Source: a phage. From it: DNA of 64,000 nt. Positions 1 through 10,199 of this stretch are shown one piece after another. The notes under the pieces are model-generated. The model did not search any database. It had not been told where the DNA came from and was given only the letters and a program-made list of their open reading frames with translations. A program made the position numbers and the translations under genes. Every line of letters starts with the position of its first letter. The stretch's first letter is position 1. The stretch lies in sequence record PZ452582.1; one strand, given 5' to 3'.

Positions 1-20
1 ACTTAGATAACTGATATCCT

Positions 21-60
21 CTATGCTTTAAGATAGATCTTCAAATATTATGATATAATA
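21..60 (+). promoter_or_regulatory. MotA-box middle promoter candidate upstream of gene 55
   Basis: TGCTTTA at 24-30 followed about 12 nt later by A/T-rich -10-like hexamers (44-60). Confidence 0.4.
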
Positions 61-88
61 GATCTATGAATTGAGCTAAGAGGTGAAA

Positions 89-646
89 ATGTCAGAAACT
101 AAGCCTAAATATAATTACGTAAACAATAAAGAGCTTTTACAAGCTATTATTGATTGGAAAACAGAATTAGCAAATAATAAAGACCCAAATAAAGTAGTTC
201 GTCAGAATGATACTATCGGATTAGCCATTATGCTTATTGCAGAAGGCTTATCTAAACGTTTCAACTTTTCAGGATACACCCAGTCTTGGAAACAAGAAAT
301 GATTGCAGATGGTATAGAAGCTTCTATTAAGGGGCTTCACAATTTTGATGAAACGAAATATAAAAACCCGCATGCATATATAACTCAAGCTTGTTTTAAT
401 GCATTCGTCCAGCGTATTAAAAAAGAACGTAAGGAAGTTGCAAAGAAATATAGTTACTTCGTTCACAATGTCTATGACAGTCGTGACGACGATATGGTTG
501 CGTTAGTAGATGAAACTTTTATTCAAGACATCTATGATAAAATGACGCATTACGAAGAATCAACCTATAGAACACCGGGGGCTGAAAAGAAAAGTGTTGT
601 AGACGATTCTCCTAGTTTGGATTTTTTATATGAGGCTAACGATTAA
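89..646 (+). CDS. 55: gp55 late-transcription sigma factor
   Basis: Protein [21 protein letters not shown]..., 185 aa from ATG 89 (track uses GTG 83); matches T4 gp55 by recall and length. Confidence 0.93.
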
Positions 647-848
647 CCTCTCCGGATTCTTGGAAGAAATACCTGAAGTTGAAGCTATTCCCTATTTACT
701 TAAAATGTATCTCAGGGAAGTTTTAGCTCTTGACATTGATATTGATCCAGAAAATCCGTATGATACCGCTTTTAAATCTAATGGTGTAGAATTAAACTAT
801 CGGTATCATTTAACAGATGATGATTTTTATTTTATATTAGAGAAATAA
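630..848 (+). CDS. hypothetical small protein
   Basis: 72-aa ORF, ATG at 630 overlapping gene 55 end; position of the T4 alpha-gt.x ORFs. Confidence 0.5.
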
Positions 849-849
849 T

Positions 850-1167
850 ATGACTGATAAACCCGAAATTAATGATGAAGTGGAAAAGCTTATTTCTTCT
901 ATTGAAGAAAAGAACCGTCTTGAAGCAGAAAGAAAAGCAAATAAGTTATTGTCTAAAAACAAACGCGAACTGAATCGTCTTTATAAGCACGCTCAGATCG
1001 CAGCTGAAAATAATAATTTTGCTCAATACGAATATGCTATCAAGAAAAGTCGGGATATTCTAAAACAGCCATATAACGATGAACTCATCAGTATTCTTTG
1101 GAAGACTACTAGATCGCAAATTGAGGATATGATTGATGCTTACACACGTAAAATTCAAGCGTCTTAA
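850..1167 (+). CDS. hypothetical protein, coiled-coil-like
   Basis: 105-aa ORF, abuts previous ORF, charged K/E-rich sequence. Confidence 0.55.
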   Translation: MTDKPEINDEVEKLISSIEEKNRLEAERKANKLLSKNKRELNRLYKHAQIAAENNNFAQYEYAIKKSRDILKQPYNDELISILWKTTRSQIEDMIDAYTRKIQAS

Positions 1168-1339
1168 AATTAATGCAGGATTTACTGAATCTTTGAATGG
1201 TCATCTTTGTGTGAAAATTTCTGAAAAAGAATACCATGATAGTTCAATTAAAGAAGTTAATCCTCCTATTGTAAGAGCAGACCCTAATATGAAAGTGTGG
1301 GTTGATTCTTATCAAGTCAAAAAATGGTGGCAGTTATGA
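1133..1339 (+). CDS. hypothetical small protein
   Basis: 68-aa ORF overlapping previous ORF by 35 nt; weak. Confidence 0.3.
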   Translation: MMLTHVKFKRLKINAGFTESLNGHLCVKISEKEYHDSSIKEVNPPIVRADPNMKVWVDSYQVKKWWQL

Positions 1340-1512
1340 AAGATGAACACCCAGACTTCTGAAATAGATTATAATAAAATTCGTTCCTCTAAAGAGGAAA
1401 TGATGAGACTCTTTAAAGCGTCTCATGATAAAGCTAAAGCAGAAGGAACTATAAAATATAAGCGCATAAAATTTAAAAGTTCTAACGAGCCTCTGTATGG
1501 CGTATTATGTGG

Positions 1513-1540
1513 ATAGGAGCTTCGGCTCCTATATTGCTTT
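1513..1540 (+). terminator. stem-loop ATAGGAGC-TTCG-GCTCCTAT
   Basis: 8-bp perfect stem with UUCG tetraloop; weak U-tail. Confidence 0.3.
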
Positions 1541-1582
1541 ATAAATTTTTGGTAAAATAAACCAAAACAAAGAGGATATTAA

Positions 1583-2785
1583 ATGAAAGTATGTATTTTT
1601 ATGGCTCGAGGTCTTGAAGGTTGTGGTGTAACTAAATTTTCTCTTGAGCAACGTGATTGGTTTATTAAGAATGGTCATGAAGTAACTTTGGTTTATGCTA
1701 AAGATAAATCATTTACTCGTAATTGCGCGCATGATTATAAATCATTTTCAATTCCGGTTTTATTGGCAAAAGAATATGATAAAACACTTAAGCTGGTAAA
1801 TGATTGTGATATTCTAATTATCAATTCAGTTCCTGCTACTTCGGTTGAAGAAGACACTATTAATAACTATAAAAAAATTATTGATAACATTAAACCTTCT
1901 GTTCGTGTTGTAGTTTATCAACATGACCATTCTTCTCTTTCTTTGCGCCGAAATTTGGGATTAGAAGAAACTGTTCGTCGAGCTGATGTTATTTTTAGCC
2001 ATTCTGATAATGGTGATTTTAATAAAGTTCTGATGAAAGAATGGTATCCTGAAACAGTTTCTCTGTTTGATGATATTGAAGAAGCACCGACAGTATATAA
2101 CTTTCAGCCTCCTATGGATATTGCGAAGGTTCGGTCAACCTACTGGAAAGATGTTTCTGAAATTAACATGAATATCAACCGTTGGATTGGTCGTACGACT
2201 ACATGGAAAGGTTTTTATCAGATGTTTGATTTTCATGAAAAACATCTTAAACCTGCAGGACTAAGTACTATTATGGAAGGTCTGGAACGTTCTCCAGCGT
2301 TCATTCCTATTAAAGAAAAAGGAATTCCATACGAGTATTATCGTCTTCATCAAGTAGACCAAATTAAAATTGCTCCTAATTTGCCAACGCAAATTCTTGA
2401 CCGTTATGTAAATAGCGAAATGCTTGAACGCATGAGTAAATCCGGTTTTGGTTATCAGCTGAGTAAGTTGGACAAAAAATATCTACAGCGTTCTTTAGAA
2501 TATACTCATCTCGAGCTTGGTGCATGCGGAACAATTCCGGTATTTTGGAAATCTACTGGCGAAAATTTAAAATTCCGTGTTGATAATACTCCTTTGACCT
2601 CGCATGATAGCGGTATCATTTGGTTTGATGAAAATGATATGGAATCAACATTTGAACGTATTAAAGAACTGTCATCTGACCGAACTCTTTATGACCGCGA
2701 ACGTGAAAAAGCTTATGAATTTTTGTATCAGCATCAAGATTCAAGCTTCTGCTTTAAAGAACAGTTTGACATTATTACAAAATAA
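1583..2785 (+). CDS. agt: DNA alpha-glucosyltransferase
   Basis: 400-aa ORF MKVCIFMARGLEGCGVTKFSLEQRDWFIKNGHEV...; length and sequence recall of T4 alpha-gt; sits between 55 and 47. Confidence 0.92.
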   Translation: MKVCIFMARGLEGCGVTKFSLEQRDWFIKNGHEVTLVYAKDKSFTRNCAHDYKSFSIPVLLAKEYDKTLKLVNDCDILIINSVPATSVEEDTINNYKKIIDNIKPSVRVVVYQHDHSSLSLRRNLGLEETVRRADVIFSHSDNGDFNKVLMKEWYPETVSLFDDIEEAPTVYNFQPPMDIAKVRSTYWKDVSEINMNINRWIGRTTTWKGFYQMFDFHEKHLKPAGLSTIMEGLERSPAFIPIKEKGIPYEYYRLHQVDQIKIAPNLPTQILDRYVNSEMLERMSKSGFGYQLSKLDKKYLQRSLEYTHLELGACGTIPVFWKSTGENLKFRVDNTPLTSHDSGIIWFDENDMESTFERIKELSSDRTLYDREREKAYEFLYQHQDSSFCFKEQFDIITK

Positions 2786-2802
2786 AGGGCTTCGGCCCTT
2801 TA
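2784..2802 (+). terminator. intrinsic terminator hairpin AAGGGC-TTCG-GCCCTT
   Basis: GC stem, UUCG loop, immediately after alpha-gt stop. Confidence 0.6.
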
Positions 2803-2826
2803 GCTTTATACGGAGTTTGATATAAT
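2801..2826 (+). promoter_or_regulatory. MotA-like middle promoter candidate
   Basis: tAGCTTTA box 2801-2808, 12-nt spacer, TATAAT 2821-2826; same cassette recurs at 36636-36658. Confidence 0.35.
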
Positions 2827-2965
2827 GATATTTCTTGGATATGTGATACTTTTTCTAGCGTTTTATCTGTTCACCAGAGCATGTTGGATTGGGTTCTTTA
2901 GCACTCCGGACGGATTTATTTCAATAATTTTATTTTGCATTTCAATGACGGTTCTTGATATATGA
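2825..2965 (+). CDS. small hydrophobic protein (not in ORF track)
   Basis: 46-aa ORF MIFLGYVILFLAFYLF...; stop overlaps gp47 ATG (ATATGA). Confidence 0.3.
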   Translation: MIFLGYVILFLAFYLFTRACWIGFFSTPDGFISIILFCISMTVLDI

Positions 2966-3981
2966 AAATTTTAAATTTAGGTGATTGGCATTTAGGTGTT
3001 AAAGCCGATGATGAGTGGGTTCAATCCATTCAGTTGGATGGAATTAAACAAGCAATAGAATATTCTAAGAAAAATGGAATTACTACATGGATTCAATACG
3101 GCGATATTTTTGATGTGCGAAAAGCAATCACACATAAAACTATGGAGTTCGCTCGTGAAATAGTTCAAATGCTTGATGATGCTGGTATTACCCTACATAC
3201 TGTTGTAGGAAACCATGATATGCACTTTAAAAATACTTTAACTCCAAATGCTTCTACTGAGCTTTTGGCTAAATATCCTAATGTTAAAGTATATGATAAG
3301 CCTACTACAGTAGATTTTGACGGATGTTTGATTGATTTAATTCCTTGGATGTGTGAAGAAAATACTGGTGAAATTCTTGAACATATTAAAACTTCATCCG
3401 CTTCTTTTTGTGTTGGTCACTGGGAACTGAATGGGTTTTATTTTTATAAAGGAATGAAATCTCACGGTCTTGAACCTGATTTCCTTAAGACTTATAAAGA
3501 GGTGTGGTCTGGTCACTTCCATACTATCTCTGAGGCTGCTAACGTCAGATATATTGGGACACCATGGACACTAACTGCAGGTGACGAGAATGACCCTCGT
3601 GGGTTCTGGATGTTTGATACAGAAACAGAACGAATGGAATTTATTCCAAACAATACTACCTGGCATCGTAGAATTCATTATCCATTTAAAGGAAAAATTG
3701 ACTATAAAGATTTTACAAATCTATCAGTACGTGTTATAGTAACTGAAGTAGACAAAAATCTAACGAAGTTCGAATCTGAACTAGAAAAAGTTGTGCATTC
3801 ATTACGAGTTGTGTCAAAAATTGATAACTCTGTCGAGTCAGATGACAGTGAAGAAGTTGAAGTTCAATCTCTTCAGACGTTAATGGAAGAATACATTAAT
3901 GCAATTCCAGACATCACTGATTCTGACCGTGAAGCACTTATTCAATATGCGAATCAGCTATATGTAGAGGCAACACAATGA
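2962..3981 (+). CDS. 47: gp47 recombination endonuclease subunit (Mre11-like)
   Basis: 339 aa, MKILNLGDWHLG phosphoesterase N-terminus, GNHDMH motif; T4 gp47 length. Confidence 0.93.
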   Translation: MKILNLGDWHLGVKADDEWVQSIQLDGIKQAIEYSKKNGITTWIQYGDIFDVRKAITHKTMEFAREIVQMLDDAGITLHTVVGNHDMHFKNTLTPNASTELLAKYPNVKVYDKPTTVDFDGCLIDLIPWMCEENTGEILEHIKTSSASFCVGHWELNGFYFYKGMKSHGLEPDFLKTYKEVWSGHFHTISEAANVRYIGTPWTLTAGDENDPRGFWMFDTETERMEFIPNNTTWHRRIHYPFKGKIDYKDFTNLSVRVIVTEVDKNLTKFESELEKVVHSLRVVSKIDNSVESDDSEEVEVQSLQTLMEEYINAIPDITDSDREALIQYANQLYVEATQ

Positions 3982-4241
3982 CTTTTGATGAATTTAAAAA
4001 TGTTATGATGAGTCAGCATTTTGAATGCGAAGTAAAAGATGATATTGGTCATAAAGAAATTATTGAATATTGGTTTGAACCGCTAGAGGTTGAACATAAT
4101 TGTATTAAAAAGGTTACGGTCTGCACTGACTGGGCTGTATCCTTTAACTTCAACATTTTAGATAATGACACACCTAAATCATTGCGAGATATGGCCGTAT
4201 CTTGTATTAAGGATGCATACTGTGAAGTTTTCGACATTTGA
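3978..4241 (+). CDS. hypothetical protein
   Basis: 87-aa ORF, start overlaps gp47 stop. Confidence 0.45.
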   Translation: MTFDEFKNVMMSQHFECEVKDDIGHKEIIEYWFEPLEVEHNCIKKVTVCTDWAVSFNFNILDNDTPKSLRDMAVSCIKDAYCEVFDI

Positions 4242-4428
4242 CATTAATGATGAATTCATAGCAAACATTGATTATACCGAAGAAGATTCTAGATATGTTG
4301 GAATAATTTATATTACATCAAAAACAGCACAAGGCGTTGTTTGCATGGCTGAATTTGATGAATACTTTTTAGATTATGATGATATGATAGAATGGTCTAA
4401 AAGATACATTAAAAGGAATCTTTTGTGA
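4213..4428 (+). CDS. hypothetical protein; N-terminus MHTVKFSTFDINDEF
   Basis: ATG at 4213 within track ORF 4165-4428; shares a 19-bp repeat with the start of the next gene. Confidence 0.35.
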   Translation: MHTVKFSTFDINDEFIANIDYTEEDSRYVGIIYITSKTAQGVVCMAEFDEYFLDYDDMIEWSKRYIKRNLL

Positions 4429-5279
4429 AGAATTTTAAACTTGACATTAATGATGAATTTTTAATAAAGGAATTAGTTGAAAAATTAGCGTTGAGTGAAG
4501 AAGACGCCAAGTCTTACATTAATTTTATTTCTATGAATTCAACTGTTAAAACTCCAGGTAAAACGGAAGCACATCACGTGCTTCCTAAATCAATATTTCC
4601 TGAATATTTAAAATCTACATGGAATTTAGTTAATTTAAGTCATTTTAATCATTTTAAAGCACATTTCTTATTAGCAAAAGGTAAAAATGGAAAAATGCTA
4701 AATGCTTTAAATAGAATGATGTCAGGAAAAACATATAAAAATTTATCTTTAGCCGAAGTTGATTTAATAGCTGCTGAATATAGTTTTATAAAACAAGATG
4801 TAAGTGACACAATATCAAAAAGGCTTCAACAATATTATTCAAATCCGCAAAATAGAAATGCTGCTAGAGAAAGGGCATTAAAATATTTTTCAGTAGCAAA
4901 AAATAGGAAAGATAACAAAGAAAGATTAAATAATTTTAAAACAAAACAAAAAATTTCAATGGCTTCAAGGGAATGGTTTAATAACGAAGAAAATAAAATT
5001 AAACACCAAAAGGCTGTTCGTGCTGCTTTATCAAAACCTGAATATAAAATAGCTATATCAAATTCAGTAGCTGCTAGTTGGAAAAATCCGGAGATTAGAA
5101 AAGCTCATATAGCATCTCGACGAAAAGGCTATCATTGGGATAATAAAGATAAATTGTATGAATTGTGGATATCATATAATCGTCCTAAACATGTGATGTT
5201 TAGGAAAATGTTAGTTAAGAATGGATATCCAATAGAGGCTTCATTACAGGCTTTAGTTAAAGAATTTTCTTCATTGTGA
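4425..5279 (+). CDS. HNH-family homing endonuclease-like protein
   Basis: 284 aa; EAHHVLPKS...N...HFNHFKAH His-Me finger pattern; basic C-terminal tail; GTG start at 4425 or ATG near 4530. Confidence 0.65.
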   Translation: MKNFKLDINDEFLIKELVEKLALSEEDAKSYINFISMNSTVKTPGKTEAHHVLPKSIFPEYLKSTWNLVNLSHFNHFKAHFLLAKGKNGKMLNALNRMMSGKTYKNLSLAEVDLIAAEYSFIKQDVSDTISKRLQQYYSNPQNRNAARERALKYFSVAKNRKDNKERLNNFKTKQKISMASREWFNNEENKIKHQKAVRAALSKPEYKIAISNSVAASWKNPEIRKAHIASRRKGYHWDNKDKLYELWISYNRPKHVMFRKMLVKNGYPIEASLQALVKEFSSL

Positions 5280-5294
5280 ACAATTGGATACAAA

Positions 5295-6977
5295 ATGAAA
5301 TCATTTAAACTTAATAGAGTAAAATATAAAAATATAATGTCAGTTGGTCAAAATGGAGTTGACATTCAATTAGATAAGGTTCAAAAAACTCTTATTACTG
5401 GACGAAATGGCGGTGGTAAGTCTACTATGTTAGAAGCCATCACATTTGGGCTTTTTGGCAAGCCATTTCGTGATGTAAAGAAAGGCCAATTAATAAACAG
5501 CACAAATAAGAAAGAACTTTTAGTTGAACTGTGGATGGAATATGATGAGAAAAAGTACTATATCAAAAGAGGACAAAAACCAAACGTTTTCGAAATCACC
5601 GTTAACGGTACACGTCTTAATGAATCTGCCAGCAGTAAAGATTTCCAAGCAGAATTTGAACAGCTTATCGGAATGTCATATGCCAGTTTCAAGCAGATTG
5701 TTGTCCTTGGTACAGCAGGGTATACCCCTTTCATGGGTTTGTCGACCCCTGCACGAAGAAAGCTTGTGGAAGACCTGCTTGAGGTAGGAACATTAGCTGA
5801 AATGGATAAGCTTAATAAAGCACTAATACGTGAATTAAATTCACAAAACCAAGTGCTTGATGTTAAAAAAGATAGTATTATCCAACAAATTAAAATATAT
5901 AATGATAATGTTGAACGCCAGAAAAAATTGTCTGGTGACAACCTTACTCGTCTTCAAAATATGTATGATGATTTGGCAAAAGAAGCTAGAACGCTAAAAT
6001 CAGAAATAGAAGAAGTTAATGAAAGATTAGTTAATATTGTTTTAGATGAAGACCCGACTGATGCATTTAATAAAATCGGTCAAGAAGCAGTTTTAATTAA
6101 ATCAAAAATTGACTCGTATAATAAAGTCATTAATATGTATCACGAAGGCGGATTATGCCCAACCTGCTTGTCACAATTAAGTTCAGGTGATAAAGTTGTT
6201 TCTAAAATTAAAGATAAAGTTTCTGAATGTACGCATTCGTTTGAACAGCTTTCAACACATCGTGATAATTTAAAAGTTCTTGTTGATGAATACCGAGATA
6301 ATATTAAAACCCAACAGTCGTTGGCAAATGATATTCGCAATAAAAAGCAATCTCTAATCACGACGGTAGATAAAGCTAAAAAAGTTAAAGCAGCTATAGA
6401 AAAAGCATCTTCTGAGTTTATTGACCATGCTGATGAAATAGCACTGCTTCAAGAAGAACTTGATAAAATTGTTAAGACAAAAACTAATTTAGTAATGGAA
6501 AAATACCACCGAGGAATTTTGACTGATATGCTCAAAGATTCTGGTATTAAAGGTGCTATTATTAAAAAGTACATTCCATTATTTAATAAGCAGATTAACC
6601 ATTATCTTAAAATAATGGAAGCGGATTATGTGTTTACATTAGATGAAGAATTTAATGAGACAATTAAATCCCGTGGTCGTGAAGATTTTAGTTATGCTTC
6701 ATTCAGTCAAGGTGAAAAAGCACGAATTGATATTGCTCTTTTATTTACTTGGCGTGATATTGCTGAAAAAGTTTCAGGTGTTAAAATAAACACACTAATT
6801 CTTGATGAAGTTTTTGATTCAGCGACCGATGTTGAAGGTGTAAAAGCTATTTCAACTATTTTAGATAGTTTAAAAAATACTAATGTTTTTGTTATTTCGC
6901 ATAGAGACCATGACCCACAAGCATATGGTCAGCACCTTCAAATGAAGAAAGTTGGTCGATTTACTGTAATGGTTTAA
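5295..6977 (+). CDS. 46: gp46 recombination endonuclease subunit (Rad50/SbcC-like ATPase)
   Basis: 560 aa; Walker A GRNGGGKST; central coiled coil; ILDEVFDS Walker B. Confidence 0.93.
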   Translation: MKSFKLNRVKYKNIMSVGQNGVDIQLDKVQKTLITGRNGGGKSTMLEAITFGLFGKPFRDVKKGQLINSTNKKELLVELWMEYDEKKYYIKRGQKPNVFEITVNGTRLNESASSKDFQAEFEQLIGMSYASFKQIVVLGTAGYTPFMGLSTPARRKLVEDLLEVGTLAEMDKLNKALIRELNSQNQVLDVKKDSIIQQIKIYNDNVERQKKLSGDNLTRLQNMYDDLAKEARTLKSEIEEVNERLVNIVLDEDPTDAFNKIGQEAVLIKSKIDSYNKVINMYHEGGLCPTCLSQLSSGDKVVSKIKDKVSECTHSFEQLSTHRDNLKVLVDEYRDNIKTQQSLANDIRNKKQSLITTVDKAKKVKAAIEKASSEFIDHADEIALLQEELDKIVKTKTNLVMEKYHRGILTDMLKDSGIKGAIIKKYIPLFNKQINHYLKIMEADYVFTLDEEFNETIKSRGREDFSYASFSQGEKARIDIALLFTWRDIAEKVSGVKINTLILDEVFDSATDVEGVKAISTILDSLKNTNVFVISHRDHDPQAYGQHLQMKKVGRFTVMV

Positions 6978-6989
6978 TTTATAAGAGAT

Positions 6990-7015
6990 TATGCTTTAAT
7001 TTATTAGAGTATAAT
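6990..7015 (+). promoter_or_regulatory. MotA-dependent middle promoter candidate
   Basis: TGCTTTA 6992-6998, 11-nt spacer, TATAAT 7010-7015. Confidence 0.5.
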
Positions 7016-7032
7016 CTCTGTGGAGGAAAAAC

Positions 7033-7221
7033 ATGGAATATTCAACTGGACAACATCTATTAACTATTCCTGAAATAAAACGATATATTCTGAGAAATAA
7101 TTTTTCTAATGAAGAGCATATAGTTACTGAATCTATGCTTAGGAATGCATTTAAAGCAGAATATACAAAAATAATGTCCAATAGAAATGAAGCTTGGACT
7201 GTTACTGATTATTATGACTAA
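7033..7221 (+). CDS. hypothetical protein
   Basis: 62-aa ORF between gene 46 and rpbA. Confidence 0.45.
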   Translation: MEYSTGQHLLTIPEIKRYILRNNFSNEEHIVTESMLRNAFKAEYTKIMSNRNEAWTVTDYYD

Positions 7222-7230
7222 AGGTGTATT

Positions 7231-7620
7231 ATGACTAAAATTACTGTGAATTATACTGTTGATGTAAAAGATATTCAGCCAAAACACGTGCGTTCTGAAT
7301 CAAATCCACAAAACCAAAATAAAATTCGTCGAGCATGGGTTTTGTCTCTTTCTGATAACGCAATGGAAGTTATTCAGAACAAAATTAAATCTGCACCTGC
7401 TCGTCATGCGTATTATGAAGCTATCGATCGTGAAGTAAGTAATAAATGGATTGAACTAATGCGCAAACATACTACAGAATCCCTAAATGCCGGTGCTAAA
7501 TTTATTATGACTTCATGTGGTGAACGCCTTGAAGATGAATATTGCGGTAATGCAGATGAACGTCTAATTGTTGCTGCTCAAATTGTTGCCGAAACAATTG
7601 TGGCCGAGTTTAATAAATGA
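7231..7620 (+). CDS. rpbA: RNA polymerase-binding protein RpbA (putative)
   Basis: 129 aa, immediately upstream of the gene 45 region as in T4; assigned by position and length. Confidence 0.7.
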   Translation: MTKITVNYTVDVKDIQPKHVRSESNPQNQNKIRRAWVLSLSDNAMEVIQNKIKSAPARHAYYEAIDREVSNKWIELMRKHTTESLNAGAKFIMTSCGERLEDEYCGNADERLIVAAQIVAETIVAEFNK

Positions 7621-8504
7621 ATTTAGTATATCTTATTAGCTTTCCAGAGCGGGAAGCTAAAAATATTTTTCCGTGTTATTATATAGGTTCAAAAATTAAC
7701 GCAATTTTCGATGGAACAAATATAATTGATTCAGCTGGAAAGATTTATACTGGAAGCGTGTCATCGAGTTATAGCGATGAATATTTTGAACTTATTAAAA
7801 CCACTAAATATACCGTCAAAATTTTAGCTGAAACTATATTAGATCCAAGAAAATTGGAGAGATTTTTTCAATTAAAAGTTAAAGCAAAAAGTAATATAAA
7901 ATATTTTAATAAAGCATACGCAGATGAAAATACTTTAATTGGTGCTAAAGGATATGGAACATATAAAAATGTTTTAACTGGAAAAATTGTAAAGCTTTCG
8001 CAATCTGAAATTACGCCTGAGTATGTCGGTATTCGTAAAGGTTACAAACATAGTTCTGAAGTAAAATACAAAATATCTAATTCAATGAAGAATCACTGGA
8101 CCGATGAGAAAAAGCTTAAACTCTCAAATAAGATGAAATTGAAATATCTTGATTGTAGTTATGCTAAAAAGTTTAGTGATATAATGAATTCAGAAAGTGT
8201 AAGATCAAAAATTTCTAAATCTCAAAAAGAATTATGGAATAATGCTGAAAGAAGACAGAGAGCTTCAATTCAAGCAACTGTTAGAAATAATTTACCGGAA
8301 TTCAAATCAAAATTTAGAAAATCTAAAGCTAGAGGAACTTGGATTGAACATGAAGATGAATTAAAATCTTTATGGCATGCTTACGGAAAACCAAGTTATA
8401 ATAAATTTCGTAAAATTGCAGTAGCTAATGGGTTTAACGACGAATCTTATCAGGGTGCTGTACGGTCCTGGTCTAACTATTATGTAAATAGGAAATTGAA
8501 ATGA
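7617..8504 (+). CDS. GIY-YIG-family homing endonuclease-like protein (Seg-like)
   Basis: 295 aa; N-terminal VYLIS...YYIGSK motif; basic repeat-containing C-terminal tail. Confidence 0.6.
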   Translation: MNLVYLISFPEREAKNIFPCYYIGSKINAIFDGTNIIDSAGKIYTGSVSSSYSDEYFELIKTTKYTVKILAETILDPRKLERFFQLKVKAKSNIKYFNKAYADENTLIGAKGYGTYKNVLTGKIVKLSQSEITPEYVGIRKGYKHSSEVKYKISNSMKNHWTDEKKLKLSNKMKLKYLDCSYAKKFSDIMNSESVRSKISKSQKELWNNAERRQRASIQATVRNNLPEFKSKFRKSKARGTWIEHEDELKSLWHAYGKPSYNKFRKIAVANGFNDESYQGAVRSWSNYYVNRKLK

Positions 8505-9187
8505 AATTATCTAAAGACACACTGAATATTTTGAAAAATTTCGCTACTATTAACTCCGGTATTATGCTTAAATCCGGTCAATTTATTATGACTCGTGCAG
8601 TTAATGGTACAACTTATGCGGAAGCAAATATTTCTGACGTTATTGATTTTGATGTAGCAATTTACGATTTGAACGGTTTTCTCGGTATTCTGTCTCTAGT
8701 TAATGATGATGCAGAAATTTCCCAGTCAGAAGATGGAAATATTAAAATTGCTGATGCCCGCTCAACAATTTTTTGGCCAGCAGCCGATCCGAGTACAGTA
8801 GTTGCTCCTAATAAACCAATTCCATTCCCGGTAGCATCTGTTGTTACTGAAATTAAAGCTGAAGACCTTCAACAACTGTTGCGTGTATCTCGTGGTCTGC
8901 AAATTGATACAATTGCTATCACGGTAAAAGAAGGTAAAATCGTAATTAATGGTTTTAATAAAGTAGAAGATTCTGCTCTTACCCGTGTTAAATATTCTTT
9001 GACTCTTGGTGATTATGATGGTGAAAATACATTTAATTTCATTATCAATATGGCAAATATGAAAATGCAACCAGGAAATTATAAACTTCTGCTTTGGGCA
9101 AAAGGTAAACAAGGTGCTGCTAAATTTGAAGGTGAACACGCGAATTATGTAGTAGCTCTTGAAGCTGATTCTACCCACGATTTTTAA
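8501..9187 (+). CDS. 45: gp45 sliding clamp
   Basis: 228 aa [27 protein letters not shown]...; T4 gp45 length and sequence recall. Confidence 0.95.
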   Translation: MKLSKDTLNILKNFATINSGIMLKSGQFIMTRAVNGTTYAEANISDVIDFDVAIYDLNGFLGILSLVNDDAEISQSEDGNIKIADARSTIFWPAADPSTVVAPNKPIPFPVASVVTEIKAEDLQQLLRVSRGLQIDTIAITVKEGKIVINGFNKVEDSALTRVKYSLTLGDYDGENTFNFIINMANMKMQPGNYKLLLWAKGKQGAAKFEGEHANYVVALEADSTHDF

Positions 9188-9188
9188 T

Positions 9189-9207
9189 AGAGGGCTTCGG
9201 CCCTTTA
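9189..9207 (+). terminator. hairpin AGGGC-TTCG-GCCCT after gene 45
   Basis: GC stem with UUCG loop followed by T-rich tract. Confidence 0.5.
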
Positions 9208-9238
9208 TAATTTACACTAAAACTTGAATGAGGAAATT

Positions 9239-10198
9239 ATGATTACCGTAAATGAAAAAGAACACATTCTTGAACAGAAATATCGTCCATCTACTATCGA
9301 TGAATGTATTCTTCCCGCCTTTGATAAAGAAACCTTTAAATCTATTACAAGTAAAGGTAAGATTCCACATATTATTCTTCATTCTCCTTCTCCAGGAACA
9401 GGTAAAACAACTGTAGCAAAAGCATTGTGTCATGATGTAAATGCTGATATGATGTTTGTGAATGGATCAGATTGTAAAATTGATTTCGTTCGTGGTCCTT
9501 TGACTAATTTTGCCAGTGCAGCTTCATTTGATGGTCGTCAAAAAGTAATCGTTATTGATGAATTTGACCGCTCAGGGTTAGCAGAGTCTCAGCGACATCT
9601 TCGTTCCTTTATGGAAGCTTATAGTTCAAACTGTAGTATTATTATTACTGCTAACAATATTGATGGTATTATTAAACCGCTTCAGTCACGCTGCCGAGTT
9701 ATTACGTTCGGTCAACCGACCGATGAAGATAAAATTGAAATGATGAAGCAGATGATTCGTCGATTGACTGAAATCTGCAAGCATGAAGGAATTGCTATAG
9801 CTGATATGAAAGTTGTAGCAGCTTTGGTTAAAAAGAATTTTCCTGATTTTCGTAAAACTATTGGCGAGCTCGATAGTTATTCATCTAAAGGTGTTTTGGA
9901 TGCTGGTATTTTATCACTGGTTACTAACGATCGTGGTGCTATTGATGATGTTCTTGAGTCTCTCAAAAATAAAGATGTTAAACAACTCAGAGCTTTAGCA
10001 CCAAAATATGCAGCCGATTATTCGTGGTTCGTGGGTAAACTTGCCGAAGAAATCTATTCACGTGTAACTCCACAGAGTATTATTCGTATGTACGAAATTG
10101 TCGGCGAAAATAATCAGTATCATGGTATTGCAGCTAATACTGAATTGCATCTAGCTTATCTTTTCATTCAATTAGCATGCGAAATGCAGTGGAAGTGA
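9239..10198 (+). CDS. 44: gp44 clamp-loader large subunit
   Basis: 319 aa from ATG 9239 ([17 protein letters not shown]...); Walker [10 protein letters not shown]; track start 9224 is TTG. Confidence 0.95.
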
Positions 10199-10199
10199 T

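Noticed and set aside
269-466. Minus-strand ORF (65 aa) inside gene 55, and similar antisense ORFs inside core genes (5558-5941, 6140-6361, 8762-9178, 12538-12825, 13630-13836, 17541-17735, 19524-19754, 22193-22480, 30865-31089, 37489-37992, 40334-40528, 45308-45928)
   Set aside because: They lie wholly within well-supported conserved genes on the other strand, lack SD sequences, and are the chance ORFs expected in A/T-rich DNA
2604-2825. 73-aa plus-strand ORF overlapping the 3-prime end of alpha-gt
   Set aside because: Alternate-frame ORF inside alpha-gt that runs through the terminator hairpin; no independent start signals
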